Shown here: positions 61,201-64,000 of the stretch, in pieces
How positions within the stretch are numbered: position 1 is the stretch's first letter
Layout of the letters: every line of letters begins with the position of its first letter
NCBI GenBank assembly: GCA_003971905.1
Contig: RSEE01000111.1
Coordinates: 62,001-126,000, forward strand
DNA: 64,000 nt
Origin: Moniliella sp. 'wahieum'
Lineage: Eukaryota
Direction: 5' to 3'
The notes under the pieces: generated by a model
What the model saw: the letters and a program-made list of their open reading frames with translations, nothing else
Database searches by the model: none
Told to the model about the DNA's origin: nothing
Made by a program: the position numbers and the translations under genes

Positions 61201-64000
61201 CCCATCCATCCTCCCACTCACAACTACACTGCACCCACTTTCCCCCTGTAATCAATAATTGCTCAAACAGAATAGTGTTTAGCCGACCTTCTCCCGTCAA
61301 AAGGGTCAAGCTTCCAACCTCATAGGCCAGTGGTACCCATTGCATCAACGGTCAAAACGGTCACCTCTCTCTATACGCACCAAAAAGTCTGCCCCCAATA
61401 CCAGATCTCAGTCTCCGATCACCAGTCGCCCCATACCGCGATGGATCGGCCCTGAATGAGCCTCGTTTGACCTTGCGCCAGCTTGCAGCAATAAGATCAA
61501 TGAGATCAATGAGATCAATGAGATCTGCGATTCTGAGAGCCCTGGAGCCGGTGCCTGCCAAAAAAGCTTACCCTAGGAGACGGCGCAACCATCTTCATGA
61601 TCCATTCAACGTTGAGTTCAGCGTTCATGCCACCTGTGGTGAAGGTAAGAGGCTGTGTTTGACGTTTATACCACCACACATCAGTACATAAGTCAAGCCA
61701 AAAAAGAACAGAAGAAGCTCAGGCGGAGGCTGCCACCGAACACGCGATGGATTGACCCCGGATGCGTTTGATGGTGGTACTGAGTACTGAGACTGAGTAC
61801 TGATGCTGAGCGCGATGGACCACTTAATTAGGCACGCTTTCGAGCGGACAGGGCGTATGGGTTGAGATGTCGCCAAGCCAAGCAGGACACACAGCAAACT
61901 ATTATATACAGCCGTGACAAAAGCATCTCTGACAAGAGGTGGGATCTGAGATCTGAGAGAGCAGGTGAGTGTGCAGCCCCAACCCTCGACTGCTCTGCGG
62001 ATTCTATGGCCTGAGGTCTGAGGCTTAGACCTGAGGGTGAAACACTGCGGCTGATCCGCGGAGACGATCGTATGATGGGGCGCACGGTCCTGCCCGCGTG
62101 GTCTGTGCGTGTCTGTACTCAAAAGTATTGAACCACCAAAGGGATTCTTGATGAAGACATCTCGAGCACGATGGTCGATAGGCAAAGTGTCGTGTTTCGA
62201 CCATCGATCATTTGTGGTATGAATACGATGAGAACCCACGAAACATATGCTCTGCGGGACATCCAGCCGAGAGAGGGCTACGAGGCCTCCGGCGATCTGA
62301 CGCGGACACAGGATCTGAGATCTGAGATTCTGAGGTCTGAAATCGAGAGGGGGAGAAACTTTTGGAGGATCTCTTACCGATGTTCCGATCCTGGGCGCAT
62401 CACATGCTCACATGACTTGCACGAGAGTGTTTGCATGAGCATGAGCAGGACTAAGTACTAATGGGCGACGTATGGCGTGGCATACGCATCAACAACGCCA
62501 CAACCTAATGGAGGTAAATGGGCTTGTCTTATCTGCCCGCATCATCATCGTCATATCAGGACACCTAAGTTGGTGATCGGCCGGTCCGGTGATCGATCTT
62601 CCCGACGGAGCACCGGGGACCCAGCCATGCCTGCCGCGGTTCGATGGCGGTATTGAACTTGAAGCTTGAAGCTTGAAGCTTGACCGGCTGGGAGCACAGA
62701 GGTATTATACTGAGGCCCGAGGTCAGCCAGGTCAGTCTCAGTGCCCGACCGTAGTAGTGGTAGGCGGAGCATCGACCTGGCACATGTCACGTACATCACA
62801 CAAGGGACAGTACAGTTGGGCATTGCGGCCGATGATGGTTCGGGGGAGAGCAACGGTTACCGGTTTTGATTATCGCGTTACGTGTTACGACTGAATTATT
62901 GCATGGCGAACGAACGGAAAGCTTAAAGAGATCGTTGTCATTTAATCCACCCCCGGGCGTTTGCGATCGAGGTCCGAGAGCCCGACGCCCTGCCGTCAAG
63001 CTATGCTCTCTACGAAGAACCAACACGCTGGAGTGCTTGGTGCTTGACAAGAGGCTTGACACACACTTGACAGTTGCGAGGAAGCTTGAAAGCAAACCCA
63101 TAACGCGTAACGCTAGCAACACATACGCTCAGCGCGCTCAACGTCTTGTAACGTAACGAAAGAGAGGCTATACCGCTAAAAGGTATCTAAGACGAGGCTA
63201 TTCTCAACGCTCAGCGCGCTCAGCCCCGCTCAGCCTGAGCGCTCTCATCGACAGGACCACACTTGAGTCGGTGTTGCATATGTAGCTCATCGAGAGTAGA
63301 AGCAGAGGCAAGCAATAGTCAGGCCGACCTTCATTCCGAGAGCCTCTTACTTCTCGATCACGTCTCAATGACAGCCACGCGCCACGAGCGCGTCAGCACG
63401 ACCGGAACCCTTGGGGTGCCTATACCTACATCCACCGGCCACATTAGGCCGTAAGGATGACTCCGACGACTCGGCCGGATTGAAGCTTGAAGAGATGGTG
63501 AGATGGTATCATTCACAACTCAGACTGAGTTCAGTATACTGAGTCGGTAAGGCCTAAGGAACAATGGCGCTTATGCATGTTATGCGCTTATGCGCTTACA
63601 CCCGGTCAGCCAAGGGCTATGTATACCCGAAAAGTGCTCTAGGCGATACGGCTCTCCTCGGCGCTGCGTACGATCCAAGCGGCTCGAAGCGACGCAGGTG
63701 GCAGCACGGCGCCCTCGGGCCCAGCTGGTCCGTCCCAACGTGCTTGGCGCGTAGCGTGTGCCAGCCGATCGCCACGCCCGCTCGAGTCGGCCAAGTTGAT
63801 GCCTGGGATGGCCTGAGGCTCAGGGCCAAACGTCTGATGTCTGATTGGTCAACGGGCCAGCGTGGGGCGTGGGGGCCAATCATTAAATTCATCACGCGCG
63901 CGTCGGCGCGCCACCATGCACCATGCCACCTCGCGGACGCAAGACGGGGCTGCTGCGCTGGCCACGGTCGAGGTTCGACAGTGGTGCGTCACGTGTCACG

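Noticed and set aside
60992..61348. GVVHRDLA kinase-like motif in a minus-strand ORF
   Set aside because: No Gly-rich loop, VAIK, DFG or APE motifs nearby; likely chance.
62630..63990. GGTTCGA T-loop-like words suggesting tRNA genes
   Set aside because: No cloverleaf stems could be formed around them.

Overview
Fungal (basidiomycete, most likely Ustilaginomycotina-type: GC-rich, intron-poor) genomic DNA. The left 36 kb holds ordinary GC-rich genes: a TruA/Pus1-family pseudouridine synthase, MDM31, AFG2/DRG1 AAA ATPase, an RlpA/expansin-like secreted protein, MTR10, RPN9, a GM130-like coiled-coil protein, NOP10, a multi-TM protein and a RanBP2-type Zn-finger protein. Many of these carry single-base frameshifts that look like long-read assembly errors. 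The main finding is a visibly lower-GC island at ~36.3-50.6 kb that is a pheromone/receptor (P/R) mating-type locus the ORF track misses. It contains an STE3-type receptor (minus strand) divergent from a tiny intron-split CAAX lipopeptide pheromone gene (MSLFTMFTIPTNTMAAEP[L/I]GPDQDPTGSMTGCVIA). That gene is present in three near-identical copies, each with an exact ACAAAGGGA pheromone-response element upstream. The copies are interleaved with four decayed copies of an unknown ~1-kb CCHC zinc-knuckle gene, a Ty1/copia remnant, and four copies of a 54-bp motif, two of which face inward around the receptor-pheromone cassette. To the right lie a TRF/Taz1-like Myb protein gene and ~8.7 kb with no recognisable gene. 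No homeodomain (HD) genes, tRNA, rRNA or CRISPR were seen. All identifications are from motif recognition by eye; no searches were run.
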